This document shows, in pieces, positions 62,555-64,000 of a stretch of 64,000 bases of DNA (the stretch's first letter is position 1; the number at the start of each line of letters is the position of its first letter). The position numbers were made by a program, and so were the translations under genes. The notes beneath the pieces were generated by a model, which searched no databases, had not been told where the DNA came from, and worked only from the letters and a program-made list of their open reading frames with translations. This DNA comes from Cetorhinus maximus. Lineage: Eukaryota. Location: the NCBI RefSeq assembly GCF_964194155.1, contig NC_135901.1, positions 8,618,001 through 8,682,000 on the forward strand, in the 5' to 3' direction.

Positions 62555-63006
62555 GATGTGGGCGTGGCTCTCTGGGCCAGCATTTATTGCCCATCCCTAA
62601 TTGCATTGAGAAGGTGGATTGTGACGTCTCTGCCTTGTGAGTGTTTAATTGGACAAGGTGGAGAGAGTCCAGGCGAATGCTCTGGGCGCATGGGTTCAAA
62701 TCCCAACATGGCAGCTGCTGGAATGTGAATTCAATTATTAAAACCTGGGATTGAAAACTAGCCTCAGTAATGGTGACCATGACAACTGTCACCGATTGTC
62801 GTAAAAACCCATCTGCTGCACTAATGTCCTTTAGTGAAGGGAATCTGCCATCCTTACCCAGCCTGGTCGACATGTGATTCCAGGTCGACAGCAACCTGAC
62901 TGACACTTAACAGCCCTCTGAAATGGCCTTGGAAGCCGGGCTGTTCTGGGCGGCCTTGCCAGCGACACCCACACCTCATGAAAGGGTAAAGAGATAAAAA
63001 AAAAAC
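62555..63006. mobile_element. SINE pieces (inverted tail, then plus-strand copy)
   Basis: ggccagcatttattgcccatccctaattgc; gggttcaaatccc; aaaaacccatctg..ctaatgtcctt. Confidence 0.7.
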
Positions 63007-63305
63007 TTTTATTCCCTATCTAACCCCTGCTGCACCGACCCTGGGAGTGTTAGATGGGACAGTGTAAAGGAAACTTTCGTCCTCCATATACTGTCCTGTA
63101 TGGGCCTCTGATGAAGCAGATCCCTGCTGTTTACAATTACCTGACATGTGACTGTGACAGGCCTGAGTATGAGTGAAATCACCGAGGTTCTCCTCGCTGT
63201 GCAATCATCCTGGCTCTGGGGTTTGCCATAAAAAGGTAGAGGTAAAGGTGTATTAACACCGATGGGTCGCTGGGTGGCGCAGTGTCTCTTTCACTGAAGG
63301 ACCTT

Positions 63306-63410
63306 GGGCTCTGAAGAAGAGTCATGAGGACTGGAAACGTTAACTCTTTTTTTTCTCCACAGATGCTGTTGGGCCTGCTGAGTTTTACCAGCATTTTCTG
63401 TTTTTGATTC
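63306..63410 (+). mobile_element. Penelope 3' end with degenerate hammerhead motif
   Basis: CTGAAGA-a-gagtc-atgag-gactg-GAAAC-GTT-aact then cagatgctg..ctgctgagtt. Confidence 0.7.
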
Positions 63411-64000
63411 ACATCCCAAACAGGAATAGTTAAAAACACCTGTCTGGGAAAGGGGAGGAAACAGTGTAATAGGGGAAATGGAGTGGTGTCGATGGGCCTG
63501 GGGGAAAGGAGTTCAGCAAAGTCAGTTCGTTTCACATTCATGATTTATTAACAATTTCGGAGAACATTTTACAGAAAAGTTTATTTTAAAGTCAACTGGA
63601 CTGAATAAGATGACTGAGAGTCACACTGAGAGCAGAACACATTCGCTCTGAGCTGCCAACTGTATGTACAGCTGTAACAGAGACCAGAAAGAGAAAACCG
63701 GAGCTCAACATAAAGGGAAGGGAATAATTGTGAATGAGGAATGAGGAAAGCTACTTATTTACACATGGAATTCAAACTACTGGGGAATTATAAGCTACAA
63801 TTACAACACAGCCATAATTATCTCGCACATTTCAAACAGAGAAGCGGAAATACCGTCCATGACTGTCTTAGTTACAAATTCGGAAACATGAACTGAAGGT
63901 ATTTCATTTTTAGATTCACCGAGAGGACATATTTTAAATTCGTAATACAGAGATCTCAATAAACGGCTGAGGAAAATATACGGTGTCCAAAATTCAACTG

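Overview
Vertebrate genomic DNA, almost certainly from a cartilaginous fish (shark-type CR1, L2, Penelope and SINE repeats). Bases 1-51.4 kb are a birth-and-death cluster of KRAB-less tandem C2H2 zinc-finger (ZNF) genes: five intact ORFs (8-14 finger units), two copies broken by one in-frame nonsense codon each, and about five relics. The copies reuse one cassette: a CpG-rich promoter (NRF1, YY1 and ZNF143-like motifs), a conserved splice acceptor, a decayed ~38-codon leader, a near-invariant WKCxxC..xP[S/A]xLE finger, a variable finger array and a conserved in-frame 17-codon segment behind the stop. Bases 51.7-61 kb hold a tRNA cluster (tandem ~1.7 kb tRNA-Val units, Leu- and Thr-like pseudo-tRNAs). 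The rest is transposon-derived, including Penelope elements with hammerhead-like motifs, one Penelope copy carrying an 80 bp ZNF piece, and a probable endogenous retrovirus env-PPT-LTR remnant. All calls are by eye; repeat boundaries are approximate and family names come from remembered motifs, not searches.
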